Assembly: GCF_006345805.1 (NCBI RefSeq) | Contig: NC_042998.1 | Coordinates: forward strand, 162,254,001-162,318,000 | Length of the DNA stretch: 64,000 nt | Direction: 5' to 3' | From: Octopus sinensis | Taxonomy: Eukaryota | Notes under the pieces: model-generated | The model's input: only the letters and a program-made list of their open reading frames with translations | Told to the model about the DNA's origin: nothing | Database searches by the model: none | Made by a program: the position numbers and the translations under genes | In this document: piece by piece, positions 37,135 to 50,852 of the stretch | Layout of the letters: each line of letters starts with the position of its first letter | Numbering within the stretch: position 1 is the first letter of the stretch

Positions 37135-37639
37135 CTGGGTATACTGTACTTTGTATATTTTTACCCCTGATGGCATATGCTGCTCTGTCACTCAATAATA
37201 ATAATAATAAAAATTCACGATTTAATGGAGCACTGGTGTGCTTTTTTTTCAGGTTTGCTTGGGAACATTCTGATATCATCTCATCACTGTTGTGGTTATT
37301 TGACCAGTTTAATCTTGATTGAACAAACATGATCAAATATATTCCAGCCGTGCCTATCTCCTCCTTCCTTTAGGAACAGGCTATGCTAAATTATATAACC
37401 CAATGTGTCCATTTTTTAAAAGTCATATGATGTGGTTTGGGAAATTTAGCTGCTATTTCTAACAAGCTATACAATCACACAGAGCTGCCTAAGTTTCATC
37501 ATGTGTTGTATATAAGCTCTACTGCACAGTATACAGAACATCTAGGGGTTAAGAATTTATGTTAACTAAAAGGAACAGAATAGGAAATAATTCCTTCATT
37601 TTTTTCTTAATTACACTTACTATTTAGAAGAAAGGCAAT

Positions 37640-37830
37640 GAACACTGGATGAAGTGCTTAGCCATATTTTGCCCGTCACTGTTCAGAGTTCTAATTCTTT
37701 TAAGGTCAACTTTACCTTTCATCCTTTGGGGGTCGATAAATTAAGTACCAGTGAAACACTGGGGTTGATGTAATCCACTAGTCCCCTCCCTCCAAATTTC
37801 AGGTCTTGTGCCTATAGTAGAAAGGATTAT
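37640..37830 (+). mobile_element. SINE family B copy (tail 1)
   Basis: cctttcatcctttgggggtcgataaattaagtaccag...gtgcctatagtagaaaggattatt. Confidence 0.85.
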
Positions 37831-38680
37831 TTAGAAAGAAAAGTTGTTGGAGATTATCTTCTGGTACTGTGTACCACTTCTTTGTACAATGAATCTTAAG
37901 GTGTTGGAGTTTCTGAAACAACAAATAGAAACTTAGGGTATTCATACTTTTTCCAAAACTTCAAGCTGTAAAACAAAAATGCATTGCCAACATACATGAA
38001 GTGCAATCAAATTTTCTTTCCAAATGCATAAGGAAATACAACAAATATGAGGTCAATGAGTTGTCAGCTCACAAAGTGATATATTCATCTGTCATCTTTT
38101 AAATATTAACATGCAGAAAATGAGAAAGAAAGTCAAAGAGAAGAGAAAAATGTATATAGAATGAATGTGTGTGTAAAATAATTAGAAATAAACACATTCA
38201 AGAAAGATATAGTTGAAACAGCTGAGGGACATATTCTTGTAAATATATGCATATATACATCTGTACATCTGCATAAATGCTAGTGCATATGGAATAATGA
38301 TTTCAGCTATGTTAATCTGTTTCTCTTCCATCTTCAGTATACAGAAACACATATACAACACATACATACACAAAGACATATGCATGCACACACATGCATA
38401 TTGTGTGTGTATATGCTTGTGTGTGTGTGGTAGGAGTACTATGTATGTATGTATTTAAGTTAGAAAGTGAGAGCTAGGAAGTAGAAAAAAAGTAAGATTA
38501 ATTATGTACTTTAATCTTGTCTGATCTAACAAACCATTATTCATTAATAATATAATATAATATGGACCACCCATGGTAGTAATAGGGATACAGAAGATAG
38601 ATAGTAGTATTGAAGTGAATAGTATTTTTTTGTTGATTCTACAGTATCTTTTAAAAGAAGTTGGTAATATTATTATTTTT

Positions 38681-39000
38681 ATTATTATTATCATTATTAT
38701 TATTATTATTATAGATGTTGCACAGTATACAATATCGTGAGGTTGTTGATTGAAGATATTGTGTCTATCGGGTGTTTGTACAATTTGTCAAGTCACACCA
38801 AGGAACTCAGACAGATAGTACTCTATGCAATATGCATTCAGTTCCAAGTAATGTTGACTTTTGCAATGCATGTAGATTGTAGGGTATTTCTAAGGTTTTC
38901 AGATGTTTTTTTCAGATTGGGTGGTATTGAACCCAATGCTCTGATGACAATAGGGATAACCTTTTTTGTTTGACTTTTGTAGCTGCCACATCTTAGCAAG
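38681..39000 (-). mobile_element. R4/Dong-like LINE 3' fragment with (TAA)n tail
   Basis: LAKMW...KVIPIVIRALGSIP.NL...LQKSTLLGTECILHRVLSV*. Confidence 0.8.
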
Positions 39001-39915
39001 GCAGTGAGCTAGCAGAATCATTAGTATACTGGGCTAAATGCATTGTGGTATCTCATCCATCTTTACATTCTGAGTTCAAATTCTGCTGAGGTCAACTTTG
39101 CCTTTCATCCCTTTGGGGTCAATAAAATAAGTACCAGTTGAACACTGGAGTTGTATAACTGACTTACCCACTTAACCCAAAATTGCTGGATTTGCGCCAA
39201 AATTTGAAATCAGTATTATTACTATTATCATTAGAAAGGAAGTAAACTGGCAGAATTGATAGCACACTGGGTAAAATGATTAGTGCCATTTCGTCTGTAC
39301 CTACATTCTGAGTTCAAATGGCACCAAGGTCGACTTTGCCTTCTATCCTCTCAGAGTCGATAAATTAAGCACCAGTGAAATTCTGGGGTCGATATAATTG
39401 ACTAGTCTTCTCCCAAAAAATTTTCTGGCCTTTTGCCTTTAGTTGAAAGGATTATTATTGTTGTTAAAGGTAGCAAGCTGGCTACCATTAGAATGCTGGG
39501 CAAAATGTCTAGTGACATATCACCTGTCCTTACCTTCTGAGTTCAAATTCTCCCAAGACTGACTTTGTTTTTTATCCTTCCAGGGGCGATAAAATAAGTA
39601 CCAGTTGAACGCAGAGGTGAATGTAATCGTCTGACCCTTCTGCTGAAATGTCTGGCCTTGTGTCAAAATTTGAAACCAATAGTATTATTATTATCACCGA
39701 AGGTGGCAAGCTGGCAGAATCTGTAGCATGCCAGGCAAATTGCTTAGAGGCATTTCATCTGTTTTTATGTTCTGAGTTCAAATTCCATCAAGGTTGACTT
39801 TGCTTTTCATCTTTTCTGGATTGATAGAATAAGTACCAGTTGAGCAATGGGGTCGATGTAATCAACTTACCCCTCCACTAAAAGTGCTGGTCTGGTACCA
39901 TAACTTGAAACCAAT
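38998..39915 (+). mobile_element. Four head-to-tail SINE B copies joined by short (ATT)n
   Basis: Heads at about 38998, 39236, 39468 and 39700; tails 2, 1, 2, 2. Confidence 0.9.
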
Positions 39916-39926
39916 ATTATTATTAC

Positions 39927-39964
<38 letters not shown>

Positions 39965-39997
39965 TATTATTATTATATTATTATTATTATTATTATT

Positions 39998-40800
39998 GTT
40001 CCTGAGGATTTTCTGGTCAGGAACTATCTTTGATAATTTCCAGATGTCCTTCGCCTGGCAGTGCTACTGGGGTGTGCTACTGGTCTGAGATGGATGTGCT
40101 GTTAGATAGGCTTGTGCAAGGTGTGCACAGAGTGAGGAAACCATTCTACATGCACTGAGGTTATGTCAAACAGCTACTGTCATGTGTGGGATGGATCAGT
40201 CTGTTGGCTAAGTCTAAAGTGAGGATTGCCTCACTGCTCTCTTTCAATTGGGCAGGCAAGGCAATTTTCTTTTGTATGATGGCTGTGGTGAAAGAAGTTG
40301 CTTGATGGACAAGGCTAAAAGGCATGAGGACAGATACATTCCTCTTTGGTAGAGCTCTCACTGACTTCTATAAGTTTCCCTTGAATGGGTAATTGAGAGT
40401 GGAGAGGTTGTACTGTCCACGAGTGAGTTTATTGAAAGGTGGGTAAAAGTTGCAAAATTGCAAGAGTGGATGGTACCTATTTCAGTGTAGACCTGTAAAT
40501 CGGAGAGGAGGAATAGGAGAGGGCACTTGCTCTTGGTGTTTAAGGAAATCTCAGAGAGTGGGGTTCCTCAGTTATTCCTAGAATTCTTCCTGTATAAGGA
40601 GGGTTACACCTCTATCATCCTCCCTGCCACCTTCTTTTTCAATCTTTGTATGCTATCTATATGTCCCTTCTTTTTTAGTGTATACCGTGTATACTTACTT
40701 TTATTTTTATCATTTCATTATATGTAAACCCCAACACTTTGTATGTCTTTGTATTGACCACTCCTCTCATCATTCGCCCTTGTGGAAAATAAATAAAATC
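39998..40800 (+). mobile_element. 5'-truncated Tx1/L1-clade-like LINE flanked by (ATT)n
   Basis: DNFQMSFAWQCY...CARCAQSEETILHALRLC (CCHC, 40113-40166)...AVVKEVA*WTRLKG...FIERWVKVA; T-rich 3' UTR ending gcccttgtggaaaataaataaaatc|attattatt. Confidence 0.7.
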
Positions 40801-40809
40801 ATTATTATT

Positions 40810-41310
40810 AAGGTGATGAAATGGCAAGAATTAGTAGCATAACAGGCATAATACTTAGTGGCATTTTCTCTGAATTTTCATTGAGTTCAAAAGCTGTTGA
40901 GGTAGACTTTGCTTTTATCCTTTGGAATCAATAAAATAAGTACCAGTTGAACACTGGGGTCAATATAATCAACTAGCCCCTGATTCTGATATTGCTGGCC
41001 CTGTGCCAAAATTTGAAACCATTATTATTATTATTACTACCAGAATTCTAAGAGCGTCAGCCAAAAAGTCTTGCAGTATTATTGCTCTTTGCGCTCAAAT
41101 TTCACTGAGGTTGACTTCTGCAATTGATAAAATGTATTACCAGCCATGTACTGGGACCATTTTATTTAAATAAATTCTCCCACTAAAATTCCTGGCGTTG
41201 GTGCCTAGTGAACTAGTAAAATCATTAGTACATTCAATTAAATGTTTTAGAGACATTTCTTTTGACACTTTATATTCTGAGTTCAAATTCCATCAAGGTC
41301 AACTTTGAAG
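40810..41310 (+). mobile_element. Further SINE B copies (one complete, two decayed)
   Basis: Family core and tail 2 at 40810-41030; remnants follow. Confidence 0.75.
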
Positions 41311-41599
41311 GGTTTCAAGGTGAACATGTCCACAGTTCATTGACTGAAACAAGTAAAAAATAAGGCATACATACACATGATTATGTGTGAGTGTGTGCGA
41401 CCATGCACATGTGTGTGTGTATCACTTCAGCCATGTAACCATACATGTGCTTTTCTTGGACTGTTTTTCCTTCTCTCTGGACCTTTTCTCTTTCCTCTTC
41501 ATGAAGAAGAGCCATCAATGAAACTTCACCCCACCCTCTACTTACACTTACTGTGTTTGTCCTAATTTTTGTAATTTTTGCTTTTACTTTTGATTTGCC

Positions 41600-41634
<35 letters not shown>

Positions 41635-43274
41635 TATATATACATGTATATACACACACACACATACAAAATTTACCATCAATTTTTTGTTGAACTATAT
41701 ATTTTCTTCTTTTACTTCTGTCTTTATATGCTTCATAAAGTCTTTTTTTTTATTATTTATTCTGAAGTGGATTTAACAGAACGTCAATGTTAATCAGAAA
41801 TAAATTAACTTCTCCTTCAAGATATTTGAGAAAGACAAGGAGACAGAGGTGAATAGTTGAATGTAGAACGGTTCCATTTATTACGAGCACCGATTAGTGC
41901 CACCGTTGGCATGGGGGACCTTGGATTTACAACCCGACACTAATGAAAGATGTTAACTGTTTAGCAATAAAGGGAGTTGTTCAGACAATTTAACATCTCT
42001 TTGATTTGTCTTCCTGGTTTTCTGTCGCAGACTAATTGGAGGAAATAAATAGCAGATTGATTTAGACAGAAAAACGGTAAACATTACTTCTCATTCTTCT
42101 ATATTAGTGCATATACAATGAGATAAAGAGAGAGAGAAAGAGGAGAGTGACAGACAGAGAGGAATTACCTATTCCACCGGAATCATGGCAATTGATCACT
42201 TATATGAATATCATTCTGAGTCGTCTTTCTCTTTTTGTGAATGTGTATGGATATGCATGTGTATGTATATGTGTATGTATGTACATGCATATGTGTTTGT
42301 GTTGTTGCAATGGTCATTATTTTTTTTTACTTTATACTTTTATTTTTTTTCTCTTTTTCCACTTTACTTTTTATGATGGGAGGGGCTCTTCCCACTTGTT
42401 ATTGTAATGGTGGTGGTGGTGGAGGTGGTGTGTTTTGTAATATTGGTTGTGTATGTTTTGGTGGCATCATTGTTGTTTCTTGTTTCTTTGTACTGCTTCT
42501 TTTTCTTCTCCTATAATTCATATATATATATATATATGAATGTGTGTGTATGCATGTGTGTATGCATGTGTGTATGCATGTATGTATGAGTGTGTGGATG
42601 TATATGTATGTTTGTGTATGCATCTGTGTGTGTGTGCATATGTGTATGCATGTGTGTGTGTATGTGTGTGTATACATATATGTGTGTGTGTATATATGTA
42701 TATATGTGCACACATGTCTATATATCATACTTTTGTTTTTTTTGTTAACTTTATGTTTGTTTTTGTTTTTTTTTATTCCAATCCTCCATTGCACTCACAC
42801 AACCCACTTTCTAGTTTGTGTTGCTTTGATTCCCCCCCCCCACTCTCTCTCTCTCTCTTTTCACATTCACCTCCACACCTACCTCTGCATTTTTCTTTTG
42901 CTCTTCTTTGTATTCCAATATTTATCCCTGATATGAGGGAATTGACTGTGGATTAGCAGATCCTTAGCTCGGCTTCCCCAATATCACTTATTAATACATA
43001 CTTAATGCCAGTCTTTAGGGTGCACTGGGAGCGTGGCGACTAACAACAGTAAAGTGTCAACCTAAATCATCCTTAACCACCTCTCACTACATCATCACCA
43101 CCATCCTCTGCCCCACCACCTTCCACTATTGTTATTGCTGCTGATTGTGAAGACTCTGATTGCTGCAGCTGCTGACATTGCTGCTGTTGCTGTTGGTTTC
43201 ACTTAAATCATTAACACTCACTCCATGTGCTTTTATTTCTATACTGCTTTTATTTTCAATTATGTTTTATTTTT

Positions 43275-43875
43275 TTACTTCTTGTTTCAGTCATTAGATT
43301 GTGGCCAAACTGGGGCACTACTGTCTTGGAGAATTTTAGTCAAACAAATTGGCTGGTACCCATTCTATTGGTTTTCTTTTGCTGAACTGCTAAGTGACAA
43401 AGACAGAAACCTAAACATTGGTTATCAAGCAGTGGTGGGGAATAAAGGCGGACCCAATAGATGCATACACATACACACATACTTGCACATACACACACAC
43501 ACACACACACACGTGTACATGCACACATACACACATACATAAATATACAATGAGTTTCTTTCTGTTTCCATCTACCATATCCACTCACAAGATTTTGGAT
43601 GGCCTGAGATTATAGTAGAAAACACTTGCCCATGGAGCCACACAGTTGGATTGAAACCACAACCATATAGATGAGAAGCAAACTTCTTATACATATGCCC
43701 ACCCACCCATCCACACACATTTACATGTGTATGTATGTTTCCATCTACCTAAGCCACTCACAATGTTTTGGTCAGCTTGATGCTATAGTAGAAGACACTT
43801 GTCTGAGGTGCCACGCAGTGGGACTTAACCCAGAACTATATGGTTGGGAAGCAAAGTTCTTACTACACAGCCACA
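43275..43875 (-). mobile_element. SINE A copy plus an extra head fragment
   Basis: Diverged matches to family A. Confidence 0.75.
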
Positions 43876-44436
43876 TCTCAGTCTATTTATAAATTTTCTT
43901 TATTCTTTTGAGCAAATAGTATTAAACATTGTTTTTACTCATATAATACCATTACCTATACCACCAATCCAACAACCACTACCCTATTTACCACTTCCAA
44001 AACCCATACCACTGGCACCATACCACTAGTACATCAGCACCAAAATAACCAGCAGTATGTTGATCGTCACCAAAGACAATTCCACGCACTTCAAGCCTTC
44101 ACTTGTAACACCTCAACTACCATTATTAGGACTACCACTTCCAAAAATCATACCACTAGCATCCTACTGCTACCTATATCATCACAATACCACCACCACC
44201 ACCACCATCACCAAAATCAATACCATAAGCCCCATAATATCACCAAAATCCAGTGCATTACTTGGTATTACAAAGTAGCCACACTGCAGCTAATTCCAGC
44301 CACAACACCACTACGACCACCATTTACGAATCTACCACCACCGATACTACCATAACCATCGCCACTATTACTTCTCTCTTCACTACTATGAACTATTACC
44401 CATACCAACAACACAATAAACTATGTACCAAACAAG

Positions 44437-44645
44437 AAAGCCTTCAGCGTGGAGTTTGGTTATCTGACCTGCTGGAAATAGCAACCAAATCTCCCTCAAC
44501 CCACACCAACTCTCTTTAAAAATGAAGTTAAGTACATTAGTTTAATATACACTGTATTTGTGAAAAAAGAAGGTAGGATGATTAGAGTGCTAACACCTTT
44601 CATCATAGGTTAGAGCAGGAATAACCTGGGTCTAAACAACAACTC
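44437..44645 (+). mobile_element. Repeat family E copy
   Basis: gacctgctggaaatagcaaccaaatctccctcaa...acctgggtctaaacaacaac. Confidence 0.65.
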
Positions 44646-45100
44646 AAACCACCACCATCACTGCCACCACTGCTGCCTCCACCACCACTGATTTATGATT
44701 TATTCCACAATTTTGTGTTTTACTGGAAAGGAAATTTATGTCATCAACTCAATATATAATCCATGATGACTTCATTAATAAACCTCATGCTCTTGGCATA
44801 GGACTTCCCTGGTAGAATAGAAGGATCAGCCTTTATTGTTTTTTGTTCTTTTTAATGCTTTCTTCAAGGTGAAAAGAGCAGCATCCATGACTCTTTAAGG
44901 ATGATGGTTTGAAAAGAGGAAGCTATTCTAAATTGTAAAGCTGGAGATCCAACACACATGCATTAAGTCTACCATCTTGCCTTTCTTTACATGTTGGTTG
45001 ACTACAGACACTTCTGAGAGGAAGTAAAGAACAAAAAAATACAGAAAGAACAATTTATACCTAGTACTTGACTTCTACTTTTTAATGACATTCATCCCAC

Positions 45101-45359
45101 CATGGGCTGAGGAACAGTGGGTGTAAGTGCACCTCCTAAAATTCTTGTGAGTGCAAAATCAAAATTTGTATCTCTACTTTTCTCCTCTTTAGAAAACAGT
45201 GCATAAAATAAGATCTGTGAAACATAGCTTGAAGTTAGGCTTCTCTTCAAAGAACAGAGAACAAAAATAAATTTTAAAAAAACAATAGGAATTTGCTTGT
45301 AAAAAAATTTGGGGCCTGGATTTGCACCCCACTAAGCAAATACTGTTCTCAAGCCAGTG
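45101..45359. mobile_element. Possible MITE with a 3-bp duplication
   Basis: Imperfect TIR catgggctgaggaacag / ctgttctcaagccagtg; cac on both flanks. Confidence 0.35.
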
Positions 45360-45958
45360 CACCCTATTGTGCAAAAAAGAAAAAAAATTAACAAAAAGAA
45401 AATTGTGAAAGACCAAGTTGGCTTTACCAGGATTTGAACACACAAAGTGCTGGGAGCCAGGAAAATACTACAAGGAATTGTATATGACGTTCCAATTCGC
45501 CACCTACATTTGTCAAGCTGTTGTAATAAAATGGGAAAAGATTTTGGATGAAATGATCCATGACTAGGTTCTAGGGAAAAAATAGATAGAGTATAAACTT
45601 TAAGAAAAGAAAAAAATTTAATTTTTTCCCTTTTTCATCAGCTATTTTAACAATTGTTGTTGCCCAGAAGATTTTGTTTTTTATATCTGTTTAGTTGATG
45701 ATCATAATCCTTCTCTTGTTGTTGTTGTTGTTCAATTGAATAACTTTATTTGAAATTTAGATGTATGAGATATCTGGCACCATTTGTTGAAACAACAAAC
45801 ATAAAAAAGCATGTGGATGTATTTTTATTGTCTTATTATTGTTTCTATATAATTCTGCTTGAGTTTTTATGTATTTGCCTGGATCTGCCTCTACATACAT
45901 ACATGCATACATTACATTACATACATACACTTACACACACAAACACACATAGATATAC

Positions 45959-46000
<42 letters not shown>

Positions 46001-46150
46001 AAATATATATATATATATATAGTTGTAGGTATTGGAAAATTCAGTGCCTCTCAAGATTAGTTTCATCCTGGGTGGGGATACACATACAGTAGTTTATTAC
46101 ACGTGTATATATGTATACACACACATATACACAAGTATGTATATGTATGC

Positions 46151-46206
<56 letters not shown>

Positions 46207-46705
46207 ATGGGTGTACATACTTACACACATATGTGCATGCGTGTGTGTGTATGTATGTATGGGTGTTTATAAAGGGGAGACCGACATAAAGATTCATACG
46301 GATTAATATACAAACAACTGTAAGATATATGTAAGAATTTACATGCACGAATGCACATCTGCTGCAGCACATGCATACTCCAGGATGCATAAAATAACAA
46401 AGTGACTTTAAAAAAAATTTTGACTGAAGGTTTTCTTGAGTGGGTGGGGGACATTACAAACATGCTTGCATGAGCATCTTCAAGTGATCATACACTCACA
46501 TGTCACAGAGAGAGAGAGAGAGTGAGTGAGTGAGTGAGAGAGAGAGAAAGAGAGAGAAAGGCTCACATGTACACACACATGCATATCTGTGTAGTTTTCT
46601 TGTCTTTTGTTGAAAAAAATCTGAAGTTTCATTATGAAAATGGAGGACATGAGTAAATATCGTTTATTATATGAAAGAACTGTATATATGTCACCATATA
46701 TATGG

Positions 46706-46741
<36 letters not shown>

Positions 46742-47100
46742 CTAAGCAGATATATGTTAATTTGTTTTTACAACTATTTTTCAATGCTAGCATGGGTTAG
46801 GTGAATATATTATGGAGGCATTGTTTTTCAGTTGGATGCCCTTCTTGGTTCAGACCCTTACCTGTTTCTCAAGTAAGAAATCTCTTTTTCCCCACAGCCT
46901 TGAAGTTGCAATACAAGTGGACGATTTATCGACATATTAACAAGAGAAGTGACAGCAACAGCACCACTCAAACATTACATCTTTCATCAAATGTGTGTGC
47001 GTGTGTATCAAAAAAGGATCAAAGAGTTCTTCCTAAGTCATTGACTCATAAGGCTGGTTTCCTGAATCCTGTGGTGTGTTCATCTCCACTTACAAATATA

Positions 47101-47322
47101 TTGGGTTGGCAACTAAGTTACCGCCATTTTTGTTAATTTATATTTTTAAAAGGTTTAATAAAAAATAACAACTAATTAATCAATAATGTATTCACCCTTA
47201 TTGTTTACAACTTCTTCCCATCGTTCAACATCATTTTCAATACCTCGTTGGTAGAAATCACCCGATTTCAACTTGAAAACTTGATCCAACCAGGCTCTCA
47301 ATTCTGCATCAGTATTGAACGA
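47101..47322 (-). mobile_element. Mariner 3' remnant (single TIR plus transposase C-terminus)
   Basis: ta|ttgggttggcaactaagt TIR; minus frame SFNTDAELRAWLDQVFKLKSGDFYQRGIENDVERWEEVVNNKGEYIID*. Confidence 0.9.
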
Positions 47323-47741
47323 TTTGATGTCTATGTTTAGCATATAGGGTATCCACTTTAGTGGTCATTCCTCTTAATTTTATATACATATATATATACA
47401 CACACACATACACACATATGCACATACATAGATGTTCACATGGTTAAATATAGTAAAGTAATAGAAACGTTGAGATGTTAAGATGAAACAGCATGGACAG
47501 GAATGTTTTCTAAATTACACTTTTTGAAGAAAATAGAACTACCTCCATCAGCATTGGCTGATTTGTTGGATTATAATGAAACGAATTGTACACAAATTTT
47601 CCAACAAAATCTTAATGGTCAGCTATGTATGAGCCATGCATAGAAGCTCATTAACCTCAACAAATGTGAAAAAAAAAGAACAATAATAAATGGAGAGTAT
47701 AAAACTTAAAGTTGAGATTCTAATCATTGAAAGTAAATAAT

Positions 47742-48185
47742 TTAAACGTTAGGTGACAATATTTTAGATAAAATTCACAAGGTATGTATTTTAATTAGTT
47801 TTGTAAATAAGTAGTTGAAAGAATTTATCTGGTGTTTAGGGCAATTGATTGGCTGAATTGTTAGACTCTTTATGGTATTTGTGGCTCTTTTTGCTTTGAT
47901 TTCAAATCCTGCCAAGGTTAACTTTGTCTTTCATCTTTTCAAGGTCAATAAAATAGAGTACTTATCAAACACTGAAGTTGATGGTATCAACTAACTCCCT
48001 TTAAAATTGCTGGCCTTGCGCCAAAGTTAGATGCCATCATTAATCTGGTGTTTGGAACATAATAAAATGATTCTTGCATAAATTTATGATGGAAGATTTT
48101 AATTTAAAAATGAACACTTTAAAATTAAGCCTTTCATATCATAGAACCAGGGATTGTCTGGGACATGCTGGCCTCTAAAAGAATT
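47742..48185 (+). mobile_element. Decayed piggyBac-type MITE containing a SINE B (47838-48042)
   Basis: 11-bp TSD atctggtgttt at 47827-47837 and 48043-48053; MITE core ggaacataa..atggaagattttaattt. Confidence 0.65.
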
Positions 48186-49932
48186 CAGTCATTTATGATT
48201 GAACAAAAACCATTACTCAAAAATCTCTTAGCATCTAGATAGATTTTATTGAGTTTCCTTTCAAATTCTGCCAGAACTTAATATAGCAGCTTGTTTGATA
48301 TCACTTAAAGGAGAACAACACTGCACTCTCAAACCTTATCTGGATAATGATAAGAAGATGAAAATAAATGCTTTTCTTTGGACTTCATACTAAGATATAG
48401 AAATATAATGAAGGATTTCAAGATCTGTTTCATGGAGAAATTTCATATATATCCTCATATTTACCACATTCATATTTGTCACAAACAAGAAATTTAATCT
48501 TTCTTGTGAAAGACATGCCAAAAGCAATTTAAATTGTTAAATGTAGAATGATGTAGTTTACTACTGTTACCAACCCAGCTTTTTGGGTATGGTGTCTTAG
48601 ATTTACTGTCAATTCTTATTATTATTTAGTGCCTTATCAAATCTTCACATTCTTATGCAATTTTGTTCATTCTTCATGCTATTTCTCAAATCACCCAAAC
48701 AACAGTAATGGGTAAACTGGCAGGTAACTTTATATTTAAACTATTCTACATAAGTCAAATTCTGCATATTTTCTTATTTCATTGTTGTTTTTATTCAGGC
48801 CAAATTTGCCATTCCTGTAGATGTTTACTAAGAATCTATCTGCATGTAATCATGGAAGGAAAGATTGATAAAATATTCCACAAATAATAGACATGAAGAT
48901 GAAACCAGCAGAAAATTTGTCAAAGGGTTTGGAGTGCATATGGAGCTAGTGAAAATAGCAATTACTAAGAAATATGTTAGCATTTTAGCTATGAAGGTTT
49001 CTTTCTGATGATTTATTTTAAACTGATGTTCTATTAAACTTTTCATCAGAGTATCTTATAACTATCATCATATCACATGCATATTTCCATTCTGACATAA
49101 CTTGGATGTGACTTCTTGAGACACTGTGTATTGTTTTATACCAAGATGCTCTTCCTGACACTAGTTGCCTCTTATGATATGCAGAGACATGACATACCTG
49201 TACTAGAAACTGTGACAGAGATATATTTACAATACATATTTTTATGCTATAAACGATTGGTTTGATTTTTGTCAGGAGATTACTTTTTTTCCTTATTCCT
49301 ATCACCTTTTCTCATTCTTTAATTTTTTTGATGAAGGACCTGTGTCAAAAATGTCAGAATATTTTCCTTCTTTTTAGTAGATAAACTAAAACATTTATTA
49401 AAACTTGTCCCTTCCATGTACTTTTCACTCATTGCCTAATTTGTACATAATTACTGATTCATTATCTATAAGTCACTAATACTTGTATATAATGAATTAT
49501 GATATTATTAGCTATAGCTTCACATCTCAGACATTTTAAACCTGTTACTACATGGTAATTCTTCTTTAAAAACATATCTAAAACAAAAGTGATCACGAAC
49601 TAGAAATTTATATTTTTGCTCCAATATAATGTTTTCAAATTTGGAGGGGAGAGGGCAAGTCAAAACCATTCATTCCAATACTTGGTTAGTGCTTTGTTTC
49701 AAAGACAATGAAAGATTGGAAGGTGAAGTTGACCATGGCAGGAATCAGATTCAGAACATGAAGAGCTAGAAGAAATGTCATGAGACATTACAATCATCAT
49801 CATCACCACCACTACCACCACCATCATCTCTAGCAGATCTGCTATCTCATAGCTTTTAGCTCCAATCTGATCCTATGCAATAACTCTGAGTTTCACATAC
49901 ATCTTGAGCTTTTTATTACCTGGCTTGGATGC

Positions 49933-50285
49933 TGTTGTTGTTTATTCAACCCTAGGTCAGCTTTTACTGAGCAAACTTTGTCATTAAATGCATTCAAGCA
50001 ATGACCGTCATCTACATATTTTTATATATTTTGTTGCTGTGTTGCTGTGTCTTTAACCCAGGTCATTCCTGATTGAGTAGATTTTATCATCAAAAAGCAT
50101 TCCAGCCATGCCCTTCATATTTTTGCATATTGTTGTTGTTCAATTAATCTAGGTTATCCCCAAAGTATTACTGACATGGCTATCACATCTTTTGTATATC
50201 TAGTGTGTCCTTTTTTTTTAACGGTAAGAGATTGGCTGCTATTTCTAGCAGATGGAACATGTGCATAGGAGTTCTGTTGTAGGTC
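49933..50285 (-). mobile_element. Repeat family E with a triplicated terminal unit
   Basis: Three (gtt)n..aaccc(t)aggtca..cattc.agc.atg units precede gagattggctgctatttctagcag. Confidence 0.55.
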
Positions 50286-50852
50286 CATTTTGGCTGCATT
50301 TATTTCTTATGAAGCTCAGTCAGAAGAAACCCTGAATGTTAGGCAATACAGCCTTTCCCCACCACAACCGCCACCACCACCACCACGTCTACCACAGCAG
50401 TCTGTTCTAAAATGGCCATAAAATCTGCCTCTTTTTCTTCCCTTCTTTGTTATTGGAAAGGGTCTCTGGTGTGCTTCATGATCATCATGATTTTCATCAT
50501 CATTATACTCTTACTGTCATCATAATCATTATCATGATTGTCATTTGCTTATTATTACAATAGCAATCAGCAGTAGCAGCCACAATGTCTCTCCCTCTCT
50601 CTCACCCTCTCACTCATTAATCTCTCTCTCTCTTTTCTCTTTCTCTCCCCTTCACTCTTTCTCTCCCTCTTCCTACCCTCTCTCTCCCTCTTCTTACCCT
50701 CTTTCTTCTTCTCTGTGATTGTCTAATTTATCATATTTCTGATTCTTTTCGCTTGTTATTTTTGGTTTTTAATGTTTTTCAATACACACACACACACACA
50801 CATACACACACATATATCATTAATTACAATTTATATACATATATATATATAT

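Noticed and set aside
36411-37322. Longest ORF (303 aa, +)
   Set aside because: It is the antisense shadow of the RTE LINE on the minus strand.
41495-41530. catgaagaagagccatcaatgaaac, hammerhead-like spacing
   Set aside because: Stem II does not pair; too decayed to support.
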